This document shows positions 9,575 through 17,949 of a stretch of DNA of 64,000 bases, in pieces. The DNA comes from Acidimicrobiales bacterium (lineage in GTDB: Bacteria; Actinomycetota; Acidimicrobiia; Acidimicrobiales; Aldehydirespiratoraceae): positions 7-64,006 of the forward strand of contig JAJCXZ010000051.1 in the NCBI GenBank assembly GCA_029263175.1, given 5' to 3'. The position numbers and the translations under genes are program-made. Below the pieces are notes generated by a model. The model did not search any database and had not been told where the DNA came from. It was given only the letters and a program-made list of their open reading frames with translations. Positions within the stretch are counted from its first letter, which is position 1; each line of letters starts with the position of its first letter.

Positions 9575-9581
9575 GTCGCCC

Positions 9582-9935
9582 ATGAGCCTCGAATGGGAAC
9601 AAGTGATTGTCGACGCCCATGATCCAGCGAGCCTGGGAGGGTGGTGGCGACAAGCGCTCGCCTGGGAGGTCGTGAACGACGACCCGGAGGCGTTCGAGAT
9701 CCGACCAGCGGCGGACCGAACCCCTGGGCTGCTCTTCGTTCGGGTGGAAGAGGCCAAGGCGAGCAAGAACCGCCTTCACCTCGACTTTCGACCCGACGAC
9801 CAGACCCGCGAGGTCGACCGCCTCCTGGCCCTTGGCGCTTCCCGGGTCGACATCGGCCAACGGCAGCAGGGATGGGTTGTGCTCGCCGATCCCGAGGGCA
9901 ACGAATTCTGCGTCCTCAGCCCATCCGTCCGATAG
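9582..9935 (+). CDS. VOC/glyoxalase-like domain protein
   Basis: Start taken at MSLEWEQVIVDAHDP (ATG 9582) inside track ORF 9540..9935. NRLHLDF...GWVVLADPEGNEFCV is typical of the glyoxalase-like fold. Confidence 0.78.
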   Translation: MSLEWEQVIVDAHDPASLGGWWRQALAWEVVNDDPEAFEIRPAADRTPGLLFVRVEEAKASKNRLHLDFRPDDQTREVDRLLALGASRVDIGQRQQGWVVLADPEGNEFCVLSPSVR

Positions 9936-10000
9936 CCGCACATGGGCGTGACAACCCTCGACACTCCCCTGGTCCAAGTCGGCGTGCGAAGCTCAGGTCC

Positions 10001-10834
10001 ATGAACGTTCTCCTCCTCCATCCCGGAGCAATGGGTAGCTCTCTCGGCGCCGCACTCGTCGACCGAGGCCACCAGGTTCACTGGGTCACCGCTGGACGTA
10101 GTGAGGCGACGCTCCAGCGCGCTCACGCCGATGGCTTGATCGCGGCGGCGGATCTGACAGACGGACTCCACGGTGCCGATATCGTGCTCTCGGTTTGCCC
10201 ACCCGAGTTCGCCACCGATGTCGCGGCCAAGGTCACTCAGGCCGGATTCAGCGGCATCTATCTGGACGCCAACGCGATCTCCCCGGACACCGCTCGCCGG
10301 GTGGAGGAACTGACCGCCAATGCCGGCGCCACGATGGTCGACGGCGGCATCATCGGACCGCCGATTCGCGACGCTGCCCGCAACCTGCTCTACCTGTCGG
10401 GAGACGCCGACGGCGTCGCCACCGCCTCCGATCTGTTCGCCGGGACCAACGTGGAGACCATCACGCTCGACGCACCAGTCGGCGGGGCCTCCGCCACCAA
10501 GATGGCGTTCGCGGGCTGGACAAAGGGATCCTCGGCGCTTCTGCTGGCAGTCCGCGCCATGGCGGAGGCGGAGGGTGTCACCGCCGGACTCGATCACGCC
10601 TGGCAGACCATGCTGCCCGACCTCCCTGACCAGCTCCGCCGCGCCGCCATCGGTTCGGCACCCAAGGCGTGGCGCTTCGAGGCGGAGATGCGCGAGATCG
10701 CCGCGACCTTCGATGGCGTTGGACTTCCGGCCGGCTTTCACGAAGCTGCCGCCGACGTGTACGGCCGACTCGCCGGGTGTCGCGACAGCACCGATGTCGA
10801 CCCTGACGATGTGATCGAGCGCCTCACCTCTTGA
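10001..10834 (+). CDS. NAD(P)-dependent oxidoreductase (6PGDH-type NAD-binding, DUF1932-like C-terminus)
   Basis: Start at ATG 10001 (MNVLLLHPGAMGSSLGAALVDRGHQV) within track ORF 9641..10834. The upstream part is Arg/Pro-rich non-coding-like sequence. Confidence 0.78.
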   Translation: MNVLLLHPGAMGSSLGAALVDRGHQVHWVTAGRSEATLQRAHADGLIAAADLTDGLHGADIVLSVCPPEFATDVAAKVTQAGFSGIYLDANAISPDTARRVEELTANAGATMVDGGIIGPPIRDAARNLLYLSGDADGVATASDLFAGTNVETITLDAPVGGASATKMAFAGWTKGSSALLLAVRAMAEAEGVTAGLDHAWQTMLPDLPDQLRRAAIGSAPKAWRFEAEMREIAATFDGVGLPAGFHEAAADVYGRLAGCRDSTDVDPDDVIERLTS

Positions 10835-10861
10835 CGGCGAACGTTCGTTCGGTCACAGTAG

Positions 10862-12574
10862 ATGTCCTTGACCGAACGTCTGTTCGCGACTCCTGTCGCT
10901 ACACCACTCCCCCAAGCGCTTCCGCCCCGCCAGCGCACCATCGACGATCTGGGTATGGCTTTGCACGAGGTCACCTTCGTCGTGATCGATCTCGAAACCA
11001 CCGGCGGGAGTGTCAACGACTGCTACATCACCGAGATCGGTGCCGTGAAACTCAAGGGGGGCGAGTGCCTCGGCACCTATCAAACACTGGTCGACCCCGG
11101 TTGCGCGATCCCTCCCCAGATCACGGTGATCACAGGCATCACGCAGTCGATGGTGATGCGGGCACCGCGGATCGAGACCGTGCTTCCCTCCTTCATCGAC
11201 TTCATCGGCGACGCGGTTGTGGTCGGCCACAATGTCCGCTTCGACGTGTCGTTCGTCAACGCCGCCCTGGGAAGAGACCAGCGGCCTCGGCTCACCAACA
11301 CCATCGTCGACACCCTTCCGCTCGCCCGACGGCTCATCGGGCCCGAGGTGCCGAACTGCAAGCTCGGCACGCTCGCCGATCGCCTTCGACTGAGCCACAC
11401 ACCAACACATCGCGCGCTCGACGATGCCCTGGCCACCGGTGACCTGTTGCACTTTCTCCTCGAAAGAGCGGGCGCCCTAGGCGTCACGGGCCTCGACGAT
11501 CTCGTGGCCTTGCCGAAGATGGCCGGCAACGCCCAGGCCCAGAAGCTCAGCCTCACCGACAAGCTCCCTCGCGAACCGGGCGTCTATCTCTTCAAGGGCC
11601 GCAACGGCGAGGTGCTCTATGTCGGCAAGGCGTCCAATCTCCGCTCGCGGGTGCGTAGCTATTTCTCGACCGATCAGCGCCGCAAAGTCGCCCAGCTTCT
11701 GCGGGAGTTCCACCACATCGACCACCGGGTCTGCCGCAACGGCCTCGAGGCCGCCGTGCTCGAGATCAGGCTGATCCACGAGCATCTACCGAGGTTCAAC
11801 AGCCAAGGAACTCGGAGCGCGAAGTACCCCTACATCAAGCTCACCCTCGGCGAGCGATTCCCCCGCCTGTCAGTCGTTCGCAAGGTTCGCGATGACGGTG
11901 GGCTGTATCTGGGTCCGGTGTCCTCGGCCAAGCGAGCCCGTCGAGTGATCGAAGCCATCGAGACCGCGATTCCGATACGTCGCTGCACCAAGGCCTCCAC
12001 CAAGTCCGCCAGAGGCCCAGCGTGCACCTCCGCCCAGCTGGGTGTTGCAGCATGCCCGTGCTCGGGCTTCACCTCGGAGGAGGACTATCGCCGGGTCGTC
12101 GATGATCTGGTCAAGGGGCTCACGGTTCACCCGACCACGCTCCTTGCGCCGCTCGAACAGCGGATCGGAGCGCTCGCCGCCGAGGAGCGGTATGAGGAAG
12201 CCGCCGACGTTCGCGACCGCGCCGAGGCACTGTCGGCCCTCCTACAGCGCCAACGACGATTCGATCGCCTTCGCCGAGCGGGCCATGTCCGACTCCGAGT
12301 TGGCAAGGCCTGGGCTCAGCTCGACGATGGACTGCTCTCGGCGTGCGGGGCCATCGGTGACACACCGTCATTGCTCGATCTTCGAGATGGTGGTCCTGCC
12401 CCAACCGACGCTCGTGTCCCTCTGGCTGCACCCTCTCGCAGCCAGGCCGACGAGCTGCTCTGCATCGCTCAGTGGCTCGACAAGAATGCCGCGCGCGTCG
12501 AGCTCGATACCGTCACCGGCGTATTGGCCGAGCCACTCCCCCGGCTGCGTTCGTTCACGCCGGCGAAGCGCTGA
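10862..12574 (+). CDS. DEDD (DnaQ-like) exonuclease fused to a GIY-YIG (UvrC-like) nuclease domain
   Basis: 570-aa ORF with FVVIDLETTGGS and VVGHNVRFDVSF (Exo I/II), then PGVYLFKGRNGEVLYVGKASNLRSRVRSYF (GIY-YIG). Confidence 0.9.
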   Translation: MSLTERLFATPVATPLPQALPPRQRTIDDLGMALHEVTFVVIDLETTGGSVNDCYITEIGAVKLKGGECLGTYQTLVDPGCAIPPQITVITGITQSMVMRAPRIETVLPSFIDFIGDAVVVGHNVRFDVSFVNAALGRDQRPRLTNTIVDTLPLARRLIGPEVPNCKLGTLADRLRLSHTPTHRALDDALATGDLLHFLLERAGALGVTGLDDLVALPKMAGNAQAQKLSLTDKLPREPGVYLFKGRNGEVLYVGKASNLRSRVRSYFSTDQRRKVAQLLREFHHIDHRVCRNGLEAAVLEIRLIHEHLPRFNSQGTRSAKYPYIKLTLGERFPRLSVVRKVRDDGGLYLGPVSSAKRARRVIEAIETAIPIRRCTKASTKSARGPACTSAQLGVAACPCSGFTSEEDYRRVVDDLVKGLTVHPTTLLAPLEQRIGALAAEERYEEAADVRDRAEALSALLQRQRRFDRLRRAGHVRLRVGKAWAQLDDGLLSACGAIGDTPSLLDLRDGGPAPTDARVPLAAPSRSQADELLCIAQWLDKNAARVELDTVTGVLAEPLPRLRSFTPAKR

Positions 12575-13609
12575 TCAGCCCGCGGCCACCAACTGATCGA
12601 GCTTGGCCTTGGCGCGGCCTTCGTCGATCGAGGCGATCGCAATGGCGATGCCTGCCTCGAGGTCGTCGGCGAGCCCGGCCACCACGAGGCCCGCCGCGGC
12701 GTTCAACGCCACGATCCCGCGAGCGGGGATGTCCGCCCCAGCGAGCAGCTCGCCGGCAATGGCGGCGTTGGCTGCGGCATCGCCACCGGCGAGTTCGTCG
12801 GTCGCGACCCGAGGGAGGCCGAGATCGGCGGCATCGATCTCGAACTCCGTGATCGAGTCACCGTCAACCGAAACGATCTTGGACCGTCCGGTGGTGGTCA
12901 ACTCGTCGAGCGAGCCGTCGCCATGAACGACCATTGCTCGGACCGAACCGGTGGCGCGCAGAACCTCCGCCATCCGCCGGGCGATGCTCCAGTCCGCGGT
13001 GCCGATCACCTGACGACGAACGCTGCCAGGGTTCGACAGCGGTCCGAGGACGTTGAACACGGTGGGTATGCCGAGTTCAGCGCGCACCGGACCGACGTGG
13101 CGCATCGAGGGATGGTGGGCGCGTGCGAACACGAAGCCGATGCCAACGTCACGAATACGGGCAGCGAGCTCGGCTGGCGACAGATCGAAGTTGATTCCCA
13201 GTTCGTTGAGTAGATCGAAGCTGCCAGAGGTGGACGACGCCTTCAGGTTGCCGTGTTTACAGATGGTGGCGCCGGCGCCCGCCGCGACAAATGCTGCCAT
13301 CGTCGACACGTTGAGCGCATGTGACCGTCGACTCGGAGCGCCGCCCGCGCCGACAATGTCGATCGTTCCCTCGGGCACCTGCACTGGGATGACCACGTCC
13401 ATCATCGCCGCCTGCATACCGATCATCTCCTCGACGGTCTCGCCCTTGATCCGCAAACCGACGATGAATGCAGCGATCTGAGCGTTCGTCGCCTCACCAG
13501 CGAGCATCGACGTGAGGACGGCACGACACTCGGCCTCGCTGAGATCACTGCCGCCGGCAAGGCGGCCGAGCACGCTGGGCCAACCGCCCACTTCGTCGAT
13601 GGCGCTCAT
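12575..13609 (-). CDS. trpD: anthranilate phosphoribosyltransferase family protein (non-canonical PRPP motif)
   Basis: Start at ATG 13609 (MSAIDEVGG...) with a GGAGGA Shine-Dalgarno sequence upstream. Family motifs are present: FARAHHPSMRHVGPVRAELGIPTVFNVLGPLSNP and HGDGSLDE. The expected GTGGD reads GAGGA. Confidence 0.8.
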   Translation of the reverse strand: MSAIDEVGGWPSVLGRLAGGSDLSEAECRAVLTSMLAGEATNAQIAAFIVGLRIKGETVEEMIGMQAAMMDVVIPVQVPEGTIDIVGAGGAPSRRSHALNVSTMAAFVAAGAGATICKHGNLKASSTSGSFDLLNELGINFDLSPAELAARIRDVGIGFVFARAHHPSMRHVGPVRAELGIPTVFNVLGPLSNPGSVRRQVIGTADWSIARRMAEVLRATGSVRAMVVHGDGSLDELTTTGRSKIVSVDGDSITEFEIDAADLGLPRVATDELAGGDAAANAAIAGELLAGADIPARGIVALNAAAGLVVAGLADDLEAGIAIAIASIDEGRAKAKLDQLVAAG

Positions 13610-13619
13610 CGGTCCTCCG

Positions 13620-14021
13620 TCACCTGAGGCCGTCGATCGCGGCCGCCAGTCGTTGTTCGTGATCGTGCTGGGCATCGGCGAGCTTGTCCAGCCAGGCCCC
13701 GACCTCGTCGAGCGATTCCGCTCGCGCCTCATCGGCCATGCTCCGGAAGGAGTCGGCGGCGGGCCCACGCCCGTCCTTCACGTAGGTGAGACCGGCTGCT
13801 GCGTCAACCAGGCCGTCGGGGGCTTCGACGAGGAAGTCGATCAGCCCGGTGGCGAGACCGGACTCTCGGTCCGCCAGCGCGCGCAGCACAACTGCCGCTT
13901 CGGGCTGCCCTTCGACGTCGGCATGCTCGGCCAGCTGGCGGGCGAGCATCGCCGTGGTGGCGGCCGACGCGAGGCCCTGCCACAGATTCGTCATCGTCTG
14001 GGTGCCGACCAGCTCATGCAT
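13620..14021 (-). CDS. hypothetical protein (133 aa)
   Basis: This is the C-terminal part of the 370-aa track ORF, taken from M238 (MHELVGTQT...). The remainder of that ORF runs antisense through a membrane-protein gene and rnpB, so I discard it. Confidence 0.45.
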   Translation of the reverse strand: MHELVGTQTMTNLWQGLASAATTAMLARQLAEHADVEGQPEAAVVLRALADRESGLATGLIDFLVEAPDGLVDAAAGLTYVKDGRGPAADSFRSMADEARAESLDEVGAWLDKLADAQHDHEQRLAAAIDGLR

Positions 14022-14444
14022 CGGCGGTACTCTAGGCGCCCTGTGATCAGCGCCCTCGATAGTTCCGCCATTCTCCGGGGCGTCACCCGCAGTCTCATTG
14101 GCATCGTGCCCGCGATCGTGATGCTGCTCGTCCTGGGCGACGAAGACAACAGCGGCACCGATCAATCCAACTGGGTGTACCTCGCTCTGGTGCTGATCGT
14201 GGTGGGCTTCCTCATCGGTGGCGCCGTCGCCGGTCACAGTGCGCCCCAGTCTCCGTTCACGCATGGTGCCGTCGCCGCGTTCATTGCCTGGGGCGTCCCT
14301 CAAGTCATCAGCATCATCGTGAATATCGCCCAGGACGACGGTGTCAACGTCGTCGGCTTGTTCTTCAACGGACTGCTCGCCGCGTCGATCGGTGTCGTCG
14401 GTGCCGGGATTGGCATCCGCCGCGGCACACTGGATGATGGTGGC

Positions 14445-14462
<18 letters not shown>
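14016..14462 (+). CDS. hypothetical membrane protein
   Basis: This is the C-terminal part of track ORF 13512..14462. It has three hydrophobic helices (LIGIVPAIVMLLVL, VYLALVLIVVGFLIGGAVAG, VGLFFNGLLAASIGVVGAGIGI). The start is uncertain: ATG 14016 or GTG 14043. Confidence 0.6.
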
Positions 14463-14797
<335 letters not shown>

Positions 14798-14909
14798 GCC
14801 ACCACCATATAGACACAGGCCGACTGCTGATTCCACGTGACCTGTTCCACGAGCAGCGCACGCACCTTCGAGGGAGCACTAAAGGGCGGGTGTGCGACAA
14901 CTGAAGCGG

Positions 14910-15176
14910 CTATGGAACGACTACCTCGCTTGGCGGTCCGGCAGCGGGCCGGTGGTGGAATCTCCGGAACCCCGCGTCAAGAAGTTCGCCGTCGATGAGT
15001 CTGAGCCGAGCGCGTACAGGAAGGCCCGTCCACGGTCCTGTTAGGACCATGAATGGAACAGGTATTCCTTGTCGCTGCCGATGCCGCCACAGCCGTCGGG
15101 CGACTTCGACTGCGCCATCTTTCCGATTCTGCCGCGCGATGATGGAGTCGAAGAACCCATCAAGGGAGTTGCTCAT
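14910..15176 (-). CDS. questionable small ORF (88 aa from internal Met)
   Basis: From M32 of track ORF 14910..15269. My hand count of GC3 is only about 59%, with no domain and no Shine-Dalgarno sequence. Listed only because the region is otherwise unannotated. Confidence 0.15.
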   Translation of the reverse strand: MSNSLDGFFDSIIARQNRKDGAVEVARRLWRHRQRQGIPVPFMVLTGPWTGLPVRARLRLIDGELLDAGFRRFHHRPAAGPPSEVVVP

Positions 15177-15597
15177 GATCGATGACCCATTTCGGGCCGA
15201 GATCGCCAGGGTCGCGTCGAGCGGCTCTGTCGACGACATCCTTGCGGCACTCCTCCAGGTTCGCACCATGTACGACTCATCGAGGTCGACCGAGGAGCGA
15301 GCGATATTACGTCCCCTCCTCGATCAACTGCGGGCGACTGCAGTTGGGAACGTGAAGACTCTCAGCGATGAGCAACTGGCGGCGAAACTACGCTCGGCCC
15401 GCCACCGAGTCGAAACGGCAATTGAGTCACGCATGAACCCTTCGCTCGTTGGGGCTGGGGGCCTGGGAGGTCGCGGGATCGACGCCAACTACCATGAGCG
15501 TGTCAACCGAGCAATCGACGAGTCATCTGGCCTTGCCTCCCTGCAGGCCTCCTACCGCGAGCTTCTGGCCGAGTCGAACCGACGCACCTCACGCTAG
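15175..15597 (+). CDS. hypothetical protein (140 aa) in a lower-GC islet
   Basis: ATG 15175 is preceded by AGGGAG at 15163-15168. My hand-counted GC3 is about 68% over the first 100 codons, lower than neighbouring core genes. No recognisable domain. Confidence 0.4.
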   Translation: MIDDPFRAEIARVASSGSVDDILAALLQVRTMYDSSRSTEERAILRPLLDQLRATAVGNVKTLSDEQLAAKLRSARHRVETAIESRMNPSLVGAGGLGGRGIDANYHERVNRAIDESSGLASLQASYRELLAESNRRTSR

Positions 15598-15699
15598 GCG
15601 CGTCGGCCTTCGGGTCGACCGGTTTCGCTTCCGACGTTGCAGGGCCCGTCCGACGGACCTGTTGGAAAGGGTAGGTCGCGTTGCACACCCCAAGACTGG

Positions 15700-15730
15700 G
15701 TGGCCCACCCCGGTGCACGGGGTGGGCCAC
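15700..15730 (+). terminator. perfect 12-bp stem hairpin (GTGGCCCACCCC / GGGGTGGGCCAC, 7-nt loop)
   Basis: Read directly from the sequence. It lies about 100 nt downstream of the 15175..15597 ORF. There is no clear U-tract (AAGAATTCTC follows). Confidence 0.35.
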
Positions 15731-16007
15731 AAGAATTCTCAGATGCTGTTAGCGCACACCGACCCTCGACTACCGACGATCAGCTAGACCGACACGACAT
15801 GCTGGCAGTTCCGAACGGCAGAGGTTTGGACCGGCTTTGAGCCCCCGCCACCACAAGATGGAAACAGGACGATTGACCCATGGACCGGATCGCATCCATG
15901 TGGGTAGGTTCGGGTTCGTCAGCCCAAGCCGCAAACCTGCCGTGGGCGGACAGCGCAGCCCTCACCTCTCCGGGTGGGGGTTGCGCCACGCATAGGGGCA
16001 TTATCTC

Positions 16008-16163
16008 TTGGCCACCCGCTACACGTTCAAGGGCGATCGATCACCCGAATCAGTCAAGGCCCTACTCGCTGTGTTCGCCGAGCGCGGAGAAGCCGAGGGT
16101 CAGATCGCTGACGATCGACGAAGCGATGCCAGCCATCATGGCGGCGTTCGGCTGAAACTCTGA
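16008..16163 (+). pseudogene. possible decayed remnant of a small DUF3303-like gene
   Basis: From TTG 16008 one frame reads ATRYTFKGDRSPESVKALLAVFAERGEAEGQIA. The family-like C-terminal tail (TIDEAMPAIMAAFG*) is in another frame, and the middle of the domain is missing. The family resemblance is from memory only. Confidence 0.2.
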
Positions 16164-16217
16164 CTCTGTTCGGCTCTCATCGTGTCGCCCCGGTGAGAGT
16201 CGAACACGAGCCCGCGA

Positions 16218-17729
16218 TCACGGATTGGGGCCCGACCACGCCTTCACGCTGGCAACCACGGTGCTGGCGTTGTCGACGGTGTAGGAGTACGGGGGCACGA
16301 AAGCCACGCCCTGGACCTGGATGTCGACATCGCCGATCGTCAGGTCGCCGATCGAGACGGCAGCACCCGGCGCTTCATCCTGGAAATTCGTCACGAGGCC
16401 ACCGTCGTTGCCCGACTCGGCGTAGACGTTGCCCTCGGACACGAACCGGGCCCCCTCGGTGATGAGGACGCCATAGTTCGACCAGCCGTCGTAGAAGTTG
16501 TTGAACCCGTGGATGTCGGAGGTCTCCGCACTCGGGTACCGCCGCCCTCCGTTGTCGAACCAGTTGTGGTGCAGCGTCACACGGGCGCGGATGCCGGAGT
16601 CCACCGCTGGGTTGATCAACACCATCTTGTCGTGGTCGTGGAAATGGGACCACGAGATCGTCACGTCGGTCGAGCCTTGGGTGATGTCGATGAGCCCGTC
16701 GGCGGAGTTGGACATGTCGAGATGATCGAACCACATCGTGTGGCTGCGGATGACCCGAATGGAGTCGTCGTCGGAGCCGGTGAAGGTCAGGTTGCGAACG
16801 ATGATGTTCTGGACCTCCTTGATGTCGAACATCCCCACGATCGTGACGTTCTGTCCCGCCCCGTCGATCGTGGTGTTCGACGCGACATCGATCTCGCCGC
16901 TGACCTCGATCGTGCCCGACACCGCGAAGGTGACGTGCTTGCCGCCGGCTTCAGCACAAGAGCGAAGCGAGCCCGACCCGGAATCGGCCACCGTGGTCAC
17001 GACGCACGGCGTCGATCCACCGGTTGCGTCTCCACCAAAGCCGATCGCCTCACCGGCAGGCGGCAGTCCGCCCGTCGAGGAGCAGTACGGGTGATCCGGG
17101 TCGACAACGACCTTCGGCGAGCCCTTGTAACGATAGAAGAACGCGGCCAGTTGACCGCGGGTGACTCTGTCGTCCGGGGAGAAGGTCGTGGCGGATGTAC
17201 CCGTCGTGATCTTCTCCTCCAACAGCCAACCCACCGGAGTGATCTGCCAGGGCGTCACCACATCGGTGAACTGGTCGGGTGCCGGAGCCGGAGGAAGGCC
17301 GGCAAGGCGGTGAAGCAGGGCAGCGAGTTCACCGCGGGTCAACGGATCATCAGGCGAGTACTTGGTGGGCGATGTCCCCGTGGTGATGCCGTTGTCGGCC
17401 ATCCACGACACAGCATCTTGTTGCCATGACTTGACGACGTCAGTGAACGGATGTGGGGGCGATCCCTTGGGAGACCCCTCCATCCGCCACATGAAGGCGG
17501 CTGCTTGACCCCGGGTGACATCGTCGTCGGGTGAGAAACACGTCGCGCTGGTGCCGGTGGTGATGGCCTCGTCGACCATCCATTGCACCGGCTCGGTGTA
17601 GAAACGTCCTGAACCGACATCGCCGAAGCCGGCGATTCCGCGGGCAGGTGTCGCCGATGCCAGCAGTGCCATGACAGCAGCCAGGGCGATGATGGACACA
17701 CGAATCGAAGACCGCATTTTGTACCCCAT
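16218..17729 (-). CDS. secreted pectate lyase (PL1-type) with three N-terminal SLH domains
   Basis: 503-aa ORF. A signal peptide (SIIALAAVMALLASATPARG) is followed by three SLH-like repeats (F.DV......V.W....ITTGTS...FSPDD.VTRGQ.A.F). The catalytic region has WFDHLDMSNSADGLIDITQGSTDVTISWSHFHDHDK and RRYPSAE..HGFNNFY. Confidence 0.88.
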   Translation of the reverse strand: MGYKMRSSIRVSIIALAAVMALLASATPARGIAGFGDVGSGRFYTEPVQWMVDEAITTGTSATCFSPDDDVTRGQAAAFMWRMEGSPKGSPPHPFTDVVKSWQQDAVSWMADNGITTGTSPTKYSPDDPLTRGELAALLHRLAGLPPAPAPDQFTDVVTPWQITPVGWLLEEKITTGTSATTFSPDDRVTRGQLAAFFYRYKGSPKVVVDPDHPYCSSTGGLPPAGEAIGFGGDATGGSTPCVVTTVADSGSGSLRSCAEAGGKHVTFAVSGTIEVSGEIDVASNTTIDGAGQNVTIVGMFDIKEVQNIIVRNLTFTGSDDDSIRVIRSHTMWFDHLDMSNSADGLIDITQGSTDVTISWSHFHDHDKMVLINPAVDSGIRARVTLHHNWFDNGGRRYPSAETSDIHGFNNFYDGWSNYGVLITEGARFVSEGNVYAESGNDGGLVTNFQDEAPGAAVSIGDLTIGDVDIQVQGVAFVPPYSYTVDNASTVVASVKAWSGPNP

Positions 17730-17881
17730 ACCCGCGCCGGGTACCAGGGTGGCACACCCGGGCCATGAATGCGTGTCGCTGCCACGAGTTTCCTGGCGAT
17801 CGCCGCCACACGCCTCTGATGAACCGGAGATATCGTCGGTCTTGTCGGTTTCGTTTCTCGCCGATTCGAGATCGGGAATAC

Positions 17882-17913
17882 GCGACCCTCACCCTTCCCA
17901 GGGTGAGGGTCGC
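17882..17913 (+). promoter_or_regulatory. 13-bp perfect-stem hairpin in the 5' region of the lipoprotein gene
   Basis: GCGACCCTCACCC (17882-17894) pairs with GGGTGAGGGTCGC (17901-17913) around a 6-nt loop and is followed by TTCACGTT. It lies 37 nt upstream of ATG 17950, inside a divergent intergenic region. Confidence 0.4.
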
Positions 17914-17949
17914 TTCACGTTCCGACCAGGGTGGCCTATGGTCCGCGGC

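Noticed and set aside
14015-14021. Divergent ORF pairs whose putative ATG codons overlap in a palindromic CATG (also 15174-15177, 56698-56701, 61211-61214)
   Set aside because: Any ATG preceded by C creates an ATG on the other strand. In high-GC DNA the opposite frame is often open, so longest-ORF calling produces these pairs by chance. In each case one partner probably starts further downstream. I do not treat this as a biological signal.
15830-15856. GAGCCCCCGCCACCAC, superficially like a tRNA/tmRNA acceptor 3' end (…CCACCA)
   Set aside because: No T-arm, anticodon arm or matching 5' acceptor strand can be drawn upstream. I retained it only as the possible second copy of a direct repeat with the rnpB 3' flank.
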